Both the position numbers and the translations under genes were made by a program. The notes below the pieces were generated by a model. That model was not told the DNA's origin and made no database searches. It saw only the letters and a program-made list of their open reading frames with translations. A DNA stretch of 64,000 bases from assembly GCA_964247055.1 (NCBI GenBank), contig OZ176051.1, positions 9,858,001 to 9,922,000 of the forward strand, in the 5' to 3' direction. Shown here in pieces: positions 1-11,812 of this stretch. The stretch's first letter is position 1. Each line of letters begins with the position of its first letter. The DNA is from Paragordius varius. Lineage: Eukaryota > Animalia > Nematomorpha.

Positions 1-156
1 AGGACATTTTAATTCAACTGTTATTTTTTTAATTTAACAATAGATTACCATATATTATATTATTGTTAAAACGATTTCATATTAAATTATGTTCAAATGT
101 GTTTTATCGTTAGGAAAAAATTATTATTTAATTTACCAACTAATATACTAAATATA

Positions 157-451
157 CCATTTACAGTTCAAATTCATCCTTGAACAATTCGAATTCACCC
201 TCGAAGAATTCAAATTCACACTTGAAGAATACAAAACCCTAAAAATAAATTATTTGTTTTCGAAATAATATAACTCATTATTAATATGAAATACTTTATG
301 GCATTATTATTTTTTCAGTATTATTTTAATTTAAAACAATTTTTTTATTTTTTAAAAGTACATAATAATATAGGTAATTTTTCATAAAAAACATATATTT
401 TATTTGAGGGTCAATTTGAATTGTTCAAGGGTGAATTCGAATTGTAAATGG
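157..451. mobile_element. MITE family A, copy 1 (TA-flanked, terminal CCATTTAC, 20-bp subterminal repeats)
   Basis: Starts TA|CCATTTACAGTTCAAATTCA and ends GAATTGTAAATGG|TA. Both ends carry tandem TGAACAATTCAAATTCACCC-like units. Homologous copies lie at 16293, 26008 and about 40991. Confidence 0.85.
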
Positions 452-1067
452 TATATTATATTCATTTTTTATGGCCAAAAACTATTTTACATTTAAAAAA
501 TGATGAAATTTTTAAAACAAATTATTAATTTTTACGAGTCACAAACAACAAGGGAAATTGCGGAAATCAGTATTTTGTTTGATATCATTTACACCGCCTG
601 TTACCGAATATCTATTAACATGATAATACGAATGTATTTAATTAAAATTTTAATATTAATTGTAATTTATAAAGAAAATTAAAAAATATAGTTTTTTCTA
701 ATTGGTTAAATTAGGGTTGAATCAATTAATATGGAAATATAGGAAATCAAATCAATCACATATTTTATATTATGTTAAATATTTATGGCAAAAACTAATT
801 TAACGAGGAATAAACTGTGTGATAAAAATAAAATATCATATCAGCCGATTTTGCCTTAATATCTAAAAAATTCTATTGAAGCTTAATTTACTCGTAACCC
901 CTTAAAACAAGTGAAAAAAATAACCAAAATATTCTCTGAAATATATTTTCATCTATGAAATGAACAACAATTTATGTTTAAACTAATCTATTTTACTGCT
1001 TGTTATGGTATATGATAAAATACCTATGTATATATACAACATCAATAAAAAAATTATGGTAATAAAG

Positions 1068-1069
<2 letters not shown>

Positions 1070-1099
<30 letters not shown>
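1070..1099. repeat. (TA)n microsatellite
   Basis: Direct read. Similar tracts occur at about 1616-1641, 8022-8051, 27836-27872, 44527-44563 and 59901-59976. Confidence 0.95.
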
Positions 1100-1105
<6 letters not shown>

Positions 1106-4100
1106 TTAGTATAATATAAAAGTGTGTACAGGGGTTATATTAATTGATATGCGAAGCGTAACCTAGTTATTATTTTTTATAACTGCATAATAACTGCACA
1201 AAAATGTAGTTTTTTTTCCTATTTAATTTCGTCTTAATCACATACACATGATTAAATACTATTTAAACTTCTTAATACTTACAGTTGGAGGAATAAAGCA
1301 TAACTAATATTAAAAAATGTATGACAAGGATAATTTAGATCGCTGTTTTAACTCAATTCTTTATTATATTCCTCTAATTTACTTTAAAGTCAGTAAACTA
1401 ACTAACTATCTTAGAGCTAAGTCAACTTTAATAATTCAACTTAAAATAAAATATTTAGTTTAAAAAAAATGTAATGGAAAAAAAAACGAGGTAAAATTTT
1501 TTCAATAATGTAAGTTAATTTTTAACTGTATTAATTTTATTAATTTTTTCTGCATTTTAATATAATATATATTATACAATGCCAGAAAAACAGTTAGAGG
1601 CGATAATCAAAATTAATATATATATATATATATATATATACAATTTTTTTGGATATTGTAAAATTACAATTTTAAGTACAATGCAATCTACTGTTAATCA
1701 ACTTTGTATTCTATTTAAACCGTAATAAATGCCCCATATTTCTAAATTTTTATTTCTCACATTCTTAATTATCCACAAGTAATAAATATAAAAAAGGTTT
1801 GTTATAGGTAATTCTACTAAAACTTCGGACATACTCTGCCTAATTTTAAAATATGGAAATTACAATATGAAACTGTTTTTTTAAATTTGAGCCAATTTCA
1901 TATAATTTTAATATTCAATTTATCTTACCATTTTTTCACAAATACATACGTTATTTAAGCTACAAAAAATATTTTAAAACATTAATATTTTTATTTAATT
2001 TATGTAGCTATAAAGATTTCCCGATCATTAAAAAACAGTTTTTTTAACCTAGAAAATAAAACGATGTCAAAATACCATTAAAAAATTGTAAAAAATGAAA
2101 CGAGCTTGATATTTTAAAAACAAAATATATATATCATTGTACTTGATATATATTTATAATACATAAAAAATGACAAATGAGGTAAAAAAATATTTTTTTT
2201 ACAAAAATAAATTTTGTCTGATAAGATCAGTAAATATTATGAACTTGAATCAAATAAATAGTAAAAATGGTACTAGTTCGATCATACATATATTACACAA
2301 AATGTGTTAATATCCTTTCTATAGGATAAAAAATATGTTTTTATAACCTTAACCCTATCTTCTCTAAATAATTTGTATTATACCCATTAATATTGGTGGG
2401 TAACTCCTAATATTGCCTAGTTGATAATAGAATTTAAACAAATATATATACAAAAAAGGTTTTTTATATTTAATATCGTGTGTGGGACTTCTAGTGGTTT
2501 TTTTAAAAAGTTTATACATATTATATTGATTTTTATGTTTTAAAAGTTTTTTTGAATAAGAGCACCGGTCTTGGGCCCTCGACGTGTCTTTTGTAAAGAG
2601 ATATAATAATTATGGGTTATAATAGAAATATTTCGTTAATAACAACTAACAAATATCTAATTTTATTAATTATATTTATTGAAAAATGTTAACTTTGCTA
2701 GAAATAAAAAGACATATTAACAAAGCCCCTTCGGTCATCAAATGACAATTTGTATTTATCCACATAGCATAATTCCCAAAATATATCTGTCTAATCTAAA
2801 ACCAACCTTCTCCGCTAGATACAACTTATTTACTTGAAAAGCGCTCCGTATCTCAAACCCTTTAGTATTCCTATAATTCAAGAAAGATGCTAGCATAAAT
2901 TTTTGCATAAATAAAATGCATGGGGTAGTGAACTTATTTGTTTATTAACTGTGGCTTGCTATATAAAGAGTGAGATTAAATCCGGACCCTACAATCAAAT
3001 TATATTATATAAAAGACTTTTTAAAACTCTAACAGTTGCCTCCCTGCTGACAGTTATGATTAAATATTGCTTTTAGATTCGAACTTCCATACACGCATGT
3101 GCTAAGCCGATGCCTTAACCATACTACCCGTTTTTTTTCGAAAAATTTTCATAATAATTTAATTTTTAATAAGAGAACCTGAAAGAATGAATAAATATAG
3201 TAAAAAAATCTCTTTATATGATAATATAATCACACTCACTAAAATGATGGCCTTATGTTAAAAATGAATGTTAAATAAAACTGTAAAAAGTTAAAAGTTT
3301 TACCTTGATTTTGGAATCCGGGAAGAATATTACTTTTATAAAAAAAGATTAGGTTAAGGGAAAATGGTTGTAAAAAATATATAAAAACACAGATTAGGTG
3401 GATCCTTATATGTTATTTTACAAGAATAAGAAGGATGATATTTTCCAAGGGCGGAACCGATCTATGTATGCCATAAGTAAACAAAGGTTGATAAAAAGCT
3501 TAGTCATGTTTGACCTACTAAAGCGAAGAATATGTTTGGACAGATAATTATATTGATTGGGCAAATATTGTTTAAAAAAACAAGCGCGAAATATTACGAT
3601 GTCCAATAAAATAGAGAGGTAAAATACGATAAAATACTTGAAATCAAATAATATGTTAAAGCAATTTTTGTAGAATAATTCGGAGATTGGGCCCTTTTAT
3701 ATTGCTAGACTTTCTTTGTATGGTTTTCACAGTCAATAAATTATAATATGACGTGTTTGCCGTAGAAATAAGAATTATTAACAGTTTTATTGTCCCACAT
3801 AGTAATAGGAATAATTTAAATTGTACAGTGATTTATTATTAATATTATTATTATTAGTATTATAAATGAAAAGATATAAAGTTATAAAAAAAACTGATTT
3901 TTTACCGAACACAAAATATGCTGAAGAAAAAATGGTGAATACTTTGTATAAATATAGTATGATTTATGGAATTAATTAATTAATAACTAATATTATTAAA
4001 TTAAATAAAATTAAATAGATAAAATATATTTTTAATATTTTGCGCTAATAAAAAAGTGTGGATATGTATATATATGTAGATAATTTGAACTAGGAATATT

Positions 4101-7100
4101 ATAAAAAAATAGTTTTATCAAATTATCATCATTCATATATAACTTAAGTGTGAAAAAGCACAAGCGGATTCTGATGAAAAGCTCTAACTGTGATTACATA
4201 GGTGAAAAAGAATGCAAGTAAATATAAAAAATAACTGCATATATTTTATATAATTTTGATTATTTAATTAGTTTCGAAAAAAAAATTAGTATTGTCGCGC
4301 ACACAATTTAATCAAATACAATGGTATTATTGAATGTTAAATTTAAAAACCTAATTATATTTAAAAAAGTAAAGAAATATAAATAAAAACTATAATAACT
4401 CAAACTGTTTTGAAAGAATAAATCTAAAAAATTTTATGAAATAATTAAATTAAATCATTTTTCAATGATCTTTTAAGAAAAATATTTTATCTTGTCCATT
4501 TTTATGCTTCAATATTTTCCAGCTCCTTTATATAAAAGATAGTATAATTTAATAATGACATCAACTGTTATTATCCAGCTCAAATGATGTCAGCAAAATT
4601 ATAAATTAAATTGATAAGTCTATGATAAATATATTTCCTAATTTAGGATGCAGAAAGACAAAATTCAATATCTCATTGTATATATATTTGGATATGCTGT
4701 ATTTTGTATGTTATCGCACCTAGATGATATGAATATTTTTTTTCATAAGGGATTATTGTAGTTTATCTATAACTTAAACATAAAATGATAGCTTTTATCC
4801 AAATAAATCAGATTTCGGTTTATATCCTAGATATTTAGATAACACTCAGTTTAATGATGAAGAATAAAAATTGTTTATTGTGATAAAGTCATCACTTTTG
4901 CTATTATAAAGATAAAACAAATCAAAAAATAATGGTAGAAAAGGTTATCATAGCGCGACAACGGAAGATAACAGATTTTTATGTTTAGGTTATATTATTG
5001 TGGTTTTTACATTGTAAAACTGGTAAACTAAGGCTATTTAACCATGCATGAAAATACATAACAAACATTAGTAAATCCCTATACGAGTGATTTCATCTGT
5101 GGGGAAAATGGGAAACGAATACTACATCATTGCCCTTTGTTAAGTTCCAAATTTACTTGCTAAATATACAGAATGGATTAAAAATACATTGCTATTTTTT
5201 TATTAAATATTGCCAAATGGTATTTAACGGCTAACAAATTAATGACATGTATTACCCAGCAGCACATTTGCATGCATAGCATTTAATCATATCTAAGTTT
5301 GCATTTTAACAATAAAATAGTTTGAATACCTAACTAAGGCAATAAAAGGTGTACATAAGTGTGATTTCGATAGAATGCGTTTCAATTATAGTAAAGTGTA
5401 TATTTTATGTAAAGCACTATTTTAATTATTTTTACCATGTATTCGCGAATCCAAGAGTTACTTTTATGGACTTTATTAATACTTGTGCTGTGTCCATCCA
5501 TTTCTAATATTATCCGGATTCGTTTACTAAAATCAAGGAAAACGAAAAAAAATATTTTTTTCAGCGACCATTAATTGTGCTCAAATTGATATATTGGCCA
5601 TTTGAGCCAATAATGATTAGTAATCAATAATGCATGATACAAAAAAAATTCTATTTTTGAATAGCAAATCTTTTGCTAGTTTAGGAAAGAATGCTTAATA
5701 TTTGCCGGTATCGCATCTATTTATGGTGTAAGGCCTTTTTTTAGTCCACTGTATTCATATATTATAATAGTTATAGGTTAGTAAACCCAAAAATACATAA
5801 CCCCTTTTATTTAAATAACAATAAAAACCGTCCTCACCTATATTATGTAAGACTCGTTTTCGATTTCGATATAAGACAAATTTAGTGCCTATGACGGTTT
5901 CCCACATGCTAAGATTTCCGAGACCATTTTTTTGCAACCACTGTCATTAATTATATGGTTTTCCGTTAACGGTAAACTTAGCCCTTGCTGCGTGATTTCA
6001 AACTGAAATTGACATTTTCTTTCCATCACATTTTTTCAATATTTCTCAAATATTCCAATTATTTTTTTTCATAATGTTTTAAATTTTCTTTAAATAACGA
6101 CAACCGATTATATTTAAAGTACCTATAACACAAATATGCTGCTTATCAAAAACATAATAAATAAATTCTCTGTAACCATTTTTTTGAACTATCTTTAAAC
6201 CAAAATAATAAAAACTAAATAAATTAAATAAGGTGAGAGAAAAGAGATCCGATTTTGATGCTTAAAACACTTCCAAAGTTACTGTATCGTTTCCTGATAC
6301 AAATTAAATGGGTATAATAAACTTATTTTACAGTTAGCATTAATGTAGATGGGGGTGGTAAAGGTTCTAGAAATATTAAATTATTAGTTTCATACCAGGG
6401 ATAGCCGGCTATTGCGGTTCCGTTATTTTGTTGTTTATAATTTTTAAATCAGCATTGTAATTATAAAATTATGCTAAAGCATTCTTTTCCAAATATAGAC
6501 AATAAAAAATAGTTTTAGATTTCAAATATTAAAATATTTAAACAAAATTAAAATTTTACATATAGGCTATAAACATAAGCATAATTAATTAAAAATAAGT
6601 AGCTAGATTAATTTTTTAAAAAACTTATGAAACCACGGTTTCCACAAAAATCTGGGCCCGTCTTTTAGTTTTATTTTACCGAAATTTGTCCCTAAAAACA
6701 TAGAAAGTTTAAAAACTATCTAAAATGACAATGATTCTATGCGTTGAATGTTATTTGACCATAAATTTTTTGATATTCTAAGAACTGCTCACTATGTAAA
6801 ATTTTTAATTTGTCGCTTAATTGGTATATATGTTAACGGACTTTTGTAAAACATTTGAAAGAACATGAATGCGAGTATGTCGTTTCTTTATAAAATCCAT
6901 AGCTTGTTATCATTTGGAGAGGCAAACACATGTGGGAGAAGAATAGTTGAAAAACTATATTGCTGCGCAAATTTAATGCCCCTCCCCGGCAATTACGACC
7001 TTACTTGGTAATTTTAATATTTTTTCCAGTTTACTATTGTGTTTGCGCCTTTTGCATAATTGTCTGTGTGTGTGTGTAATGCTACAGTCGACTTTTTGCA

Positions 7101-7254
7101 ATATTGTAAATATTATTTCTCCATAAATTGCGGTTTTTATTAATGTTGAGCTCTGACAAGGTTGCGTGGGGTTCTTGTTGAAAATTGTACATCTACCTTA
7201 ACCTTCTTCGGTCCCTATTTACATGTACCGCTAACTTTACCCATCATCAAGAAT

Positions 7255-7650
7255 TTTTGAAACAGTCAAAAGTTACACATATCTCGGGAGCCTGATACGT
7301 GATGATAATGAATCTACTTCCGAGATAAAACGAAGGACTATGGACAAAACGGCCGCAAATAATTATATCAAAATTTGGGCATCCCATGATGCCAGCTTAA
7401 AAATAAATATTTGACTTACAAACGCAATCATTTTCCCAATTTTCCTCTACGGGTGTGAAGGTTGGACTTTAAAAATCCGACACACGGATAATTAACTCCT
7501 TTGAAATGTGGATGTGGAGAAAACTCTTACAAATAAAATGGACGGATAAAAAAACTAACAATGCAATTTTGAATAAAATCAATCCCACCAGACATGTCCT
7601 TGCTTGGAATGTCCATCCAAGCCAAACTATCCTATTTTGGCCACATTGGA
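7255..7650 (+). pseudogene. Degenerate RTE-clade LINE fragment (RT thumb/C-terminal region)
   Basis: Frameshifted translation gives YTYLGSLI...EIKRR...KIW, then FLYGCEGWTLK, then SFEMWMWRKLLQIKWTDKKTN, the typical RTE ORF2 C-terminus. Confidence 0.8.
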
Positions 7651-8020
7651 TCTAATTCATTGCACAATCGTACTTTTCACCTAATATCGTTTTTAAATTG
7701 TTAAAAATATTCATATTTTATTTAGGGAACTAGCAACGGAAAAATATGCGAAAACCGCCAATTTATAAAAGAGGTCAAATTCTGAAAAATAATTATTAAG
7801 AATTTTTATTAATTATTTAGTATGACCACTACACGAAAAATATTAGAAACACGAAACCTCTTAAAAATTATAAGAATTTACCATCAAAACATCCTTACAT
7901 ATATGAAAATTGATTGATGAACATCACTTACAGATGGGTTGTTATTTAAAAAAATGTTTTGAAGTTGTTAAAATTTATGCGAAAAACATAATTGTATGTA
8001 CGGACAGAAGTTCGTAAATG

Positions 8021-8055
<35 letters not shown>

Positions 8056-8439
8056 CACTTAATTATTTTGCAGCCCAGAGCAATTTTAAATTCATATATA
8101 TTGAAAACTATATAATATATTTGGCCACATTCAATATTCACTCTAGCCTTTTAGACGCATAACTTTAAGATATTGTTGATAAAAAATGTAAAATTAGTAA
8201 AGAATCACAGATTTTTTGCAGCTGTTTGTTCCTTAGCATTTTTTAAACAGCAGGTAAATATGGTTATATAAGATTCCTATTTGAATTTTCCATTAAACAG
8301 CAATATTTGGATAGATGCATAATTAAAACTTGGCCAGAGGTATCAACTTACCCCAAATTCCCAAGTTTAAATTAGCAGTTCATCCTTTTGGGGTAGTTTT
8401 ATACCCTTAAAGCCATTTAAAATTTTAATATCTTAAAAT

Positions 8440-8640
8440 ATATTTTTAGTGTTGAGCCAATATTAAAATTATCCTTTCTTTAGCCTTTTAGACGCATGGT
8501 ATAAAAAAATTTTTTAAATTGCAATAGTAAAATAATCTACATCTCAAATATCATCGCCACCATATTCATAAGTTTTTTAAATCGCTACAACAGGCAGATA
8601 TTATGGTAGGAAAATATAAATAATTAACTTTAGAAATCTT
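8440..8640. repeat. Dispersed AT-rich repeat, with a related copy at about 14660-14835
   Basis: The block TTGAGCCAA..TTTCTTTAGCCTT(T/A)TAGACG...TAAATCGCTA is shared between 8440-8640 and 14660-14835, with a partial copy at about 8180. Confidence 0.55.
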
Positions 8641-10014
8641 TCAAGCAATTACAAGCAAAAAGATTTTATTATCACTATTTTAATCGTATTTTGAGGCTAT
8701 TTAAATTCGGGATTATAGTAGTTATAAAACTGTAAAAATAAAAGTTTTTTATCTTATACAGGAGAAGAGGGTTTAATAATCTTTCATGAAACAACTTTCA
8801 AAACAGCACTTTGTTTACGATTAAGCTCTGGGGTCGAATACCCCAAAAGGTCATCAGGTACAAAAATGAAAACTAAATCAACAAGTGTTAGTCAATATAA
8901 TGAATATTTACGAATACAAAATTATGTTATATAATAAAATTGTTTATTTTATTTTTTAATATTAACTAACAGTTTGCAGTTATCAATTTGTTATGAATAA
9001 AAAAAAGTCACCAAAATAGGATTCGTTGTCGTTAAAAACGGATCTAACTGAGAACAAATAAATAATCTGGTTTATAGCAAACTGAGTATTTATTAAACGG
9101 CATAATGAAATTCCCGGATTATAGTAGGTGATACATACATTTTTTCACATTTGAAAAAAATGTGATGCTATCATACCTTTTGTGAATTAATTAATAGGTA
9201 AAAAATAATTTATTCACTCATTACTATTAATTATTTCAAAAATTTAAATTAAATTAGCATTAGAATTTTCCGTTTATTTCTCTTGGATTGATTTATCATG
9301 GTTAGGAGTCAAGGAAAAATAAATATAAATTAAAATCATATAGTGCTAGGCTGATGCGACTTTTTGACTTTTTATTGTCTCACACATGAATAAATTGTCA
9401 TTATGGTGCATTATGACACATTATGACACATTATAAATTGCACAATAGCAAAACGAATGAAGATTGTTCAAATATTTTTTGTTTTTGTTTAATACAGTTT
9501 TGTATATTATAGAATTATAGATTAAATTTAATTTTTATTTAGCATAATAAACTAAGAGAGTAAGGTATTACAGTCAAACAATTTAATTTATGCACAGTTG
9601 CGACTAAATATATATAGAAATATGAAAATTATAATTATGTCACACGTTTCCTGAAACAAATGAAATTAAGATTTGCTGGTTTCAATAAATGCATCATCAA
9701 GTAATAATGTATGAATATGCAAAAAAATTTACAAAACATCTCCATAGTAATAATTTGGTTGGTTTGGTAACAAGAAATAATAAAATTTGATTTGATTCAA
9801 TAAAATGGTCTTTGTCTTCCTTGGTTAATGGTGTGTTACCTCTTTATACTTTGTTAGCTAAAATTTAATGTAGATTTAAAAATACTTTTTTAAATTTTTT
9901 TGAGAGTTTTCATTTTATCGTTTCAGCCAATAATATCGACCACAAAGATTCACGTTCATATTGTCCTTAATAAAGTTGAAAATAATTTTTACTTTTATGA
10001 TATAAAATAATAAT

Positions 10015-10527
10015 TAGGGTTGTGCATTTGACTGCTTTTTCAAAAAAGTCCGGTCAGACCCGGTCAGACCATGGTCATGGTCATGACCACTTTAGCTAAG
10101 TAAATACCATGCGATATTGGATTGTGAAATTACTTCTGAATCTTCGAATACCTCGCTTTTAATACTGGATATCCTGTTTCTTTTACACTTGATTATTGAA
10201 ATATCCAATTATAAAATGTTTTTTCAGTTTATTAGTTCTCATAGGAATAATTGAATATTTTATAAAAAGTTGGATTGTTTTTTTTTCGAAATAACTGGAT
10301 ATGCTTAAATGCTAATGTCTTAAGGATGCATGTTTAACAATTTTAAATTTTTAAATAAGCAAATTTAAATATTTATATATTTTTTAAAAAATATATTGAA
10401 AAATAACTTACTATTTTTCTTCCAAAAAAATACCAGCAATTTTTTAAAAAAACAGCTGTTTTTTAAATGACCATGGTCAAAAAATAAATAGTATTGACCG
10501 GGTCATGACTTGGCCAGCACAACCCTA
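10015..10527. mobile_element. Non-autonomous hAT MITE
   Basis: TIR TAGGGTTGTGC...GCACAACCCTA. Exact 8-bp TSD ATAATAAT on both sides. GGTCA/TGACC subterminal repeats. Confidence 0.9.
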
Positions 10528-11812
10528 ATAATAATACTCTTTTATGATAGTAAGATTTGAGCCATGTTAAAAAAATTGCCACCATAACAGGCAACACAAC
10601 CGAAACAGTAGATATTCTTTACAGCAATTTGAACTCCTTTTTTTTCCTTTCTGTTATCTTACAATTAATTATACAGATAAATAAGAAATTAATTTAAGGT
10701 ATCCGTAAAAACGGGACTGCTCAATACGAATATTTTACGGTGATTAGCAGTTATTACCCCTAGTTTTATTATAATTATGATAATATCTAAATATTAATAT
10801 CTGCAAAATAATAAATATTTAACGCAACCGAATTATTATTAAACGAAAAATATTTTATTCATTTGACCATCTCTATCCATTTTATTGATATTGTAAAAAG
10901 AAACCATTTCCTAACGGCGATATGTTAATTCAATTCTCTGATAAAAATTCATAATATGAAATGATTTTTGAATCGGACATGATGAAAAATGGATTTTGAA
11001 CGGACCCTGCTCTATCGGAATTAGGGAGAAAACGAAATTCTTAATTATGCGTTATCTTTTTTCACTTATTATGTGCAGGTAGCGCAATTTTCACCTTGTC
11101 ATTTGGTTTTTAAGATTATTTTAATTTCCTAACGAGTTATTTCAAAAGTCCAAGTTTGAATTGATTCATCATCGCAATTTTTCACATATTTAATGAGTGA
11201 AAAAATCTTTTTGAAATTTATTAACTTGGAAGTTTACGAAAAATTTACAAAAATATCTTTTGTTTTTGTCATAATATACGCAGTTAGGAATACAATATTA
11301 ATGACCGTAGCAAATAAACCAAAATGCACTTTTCAGCCTAAATTTTGCAAGTGTATTACAGTTTGCAAAATTTCGATATATTTAACAACGGGAAATGCAT
11401 AAATAGGAGAATATTGCCTATATATGACCAAAATCTGATAATAAGCAATGACGGTTTTTTCTACATGGATAAATTGCAAAGATAACATTTAACCTAATCG
11501 AATTGAAAAGAGTTAGTTCAAATAATTAGATTAGTTTTTAACAATTATGTTCTAGACATGTCTATTCACAAACCATTTTTTGATGGAAAAACAAATTTTT
11601 ACAACATATAAATAGACTACTGATTCTTTATATTATATGAAATTATTGATATAGAAACTTAAGTTGTATCTATATTTTAAACACCATAAATTTTAATGGA
11701 TCCAAGAAAATCACTCTTTATTTAGGTTAGCTATTTTTATTAATAGGATATCAAAATAAGATATATATTTATATTTGCATCCTATCAAATTATAAGATTA
11801 TCAAGTGATTAA

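Noticed and set aside
1125-1170. GCGAAGCG...CTAGT as a Helitron 3' end
   Set aside because: Too short, with no clear hairpin or matching 5' end.
5720-6670. Possible MITE ends (CCGTTAACGG..TAGCCCT and CAGGGATAGCC) and the 60-aa ORF at 5755-5937
   Set aside because: No paired TIR or TSD was found, and the ORF has no recognisable motif or ATG start.
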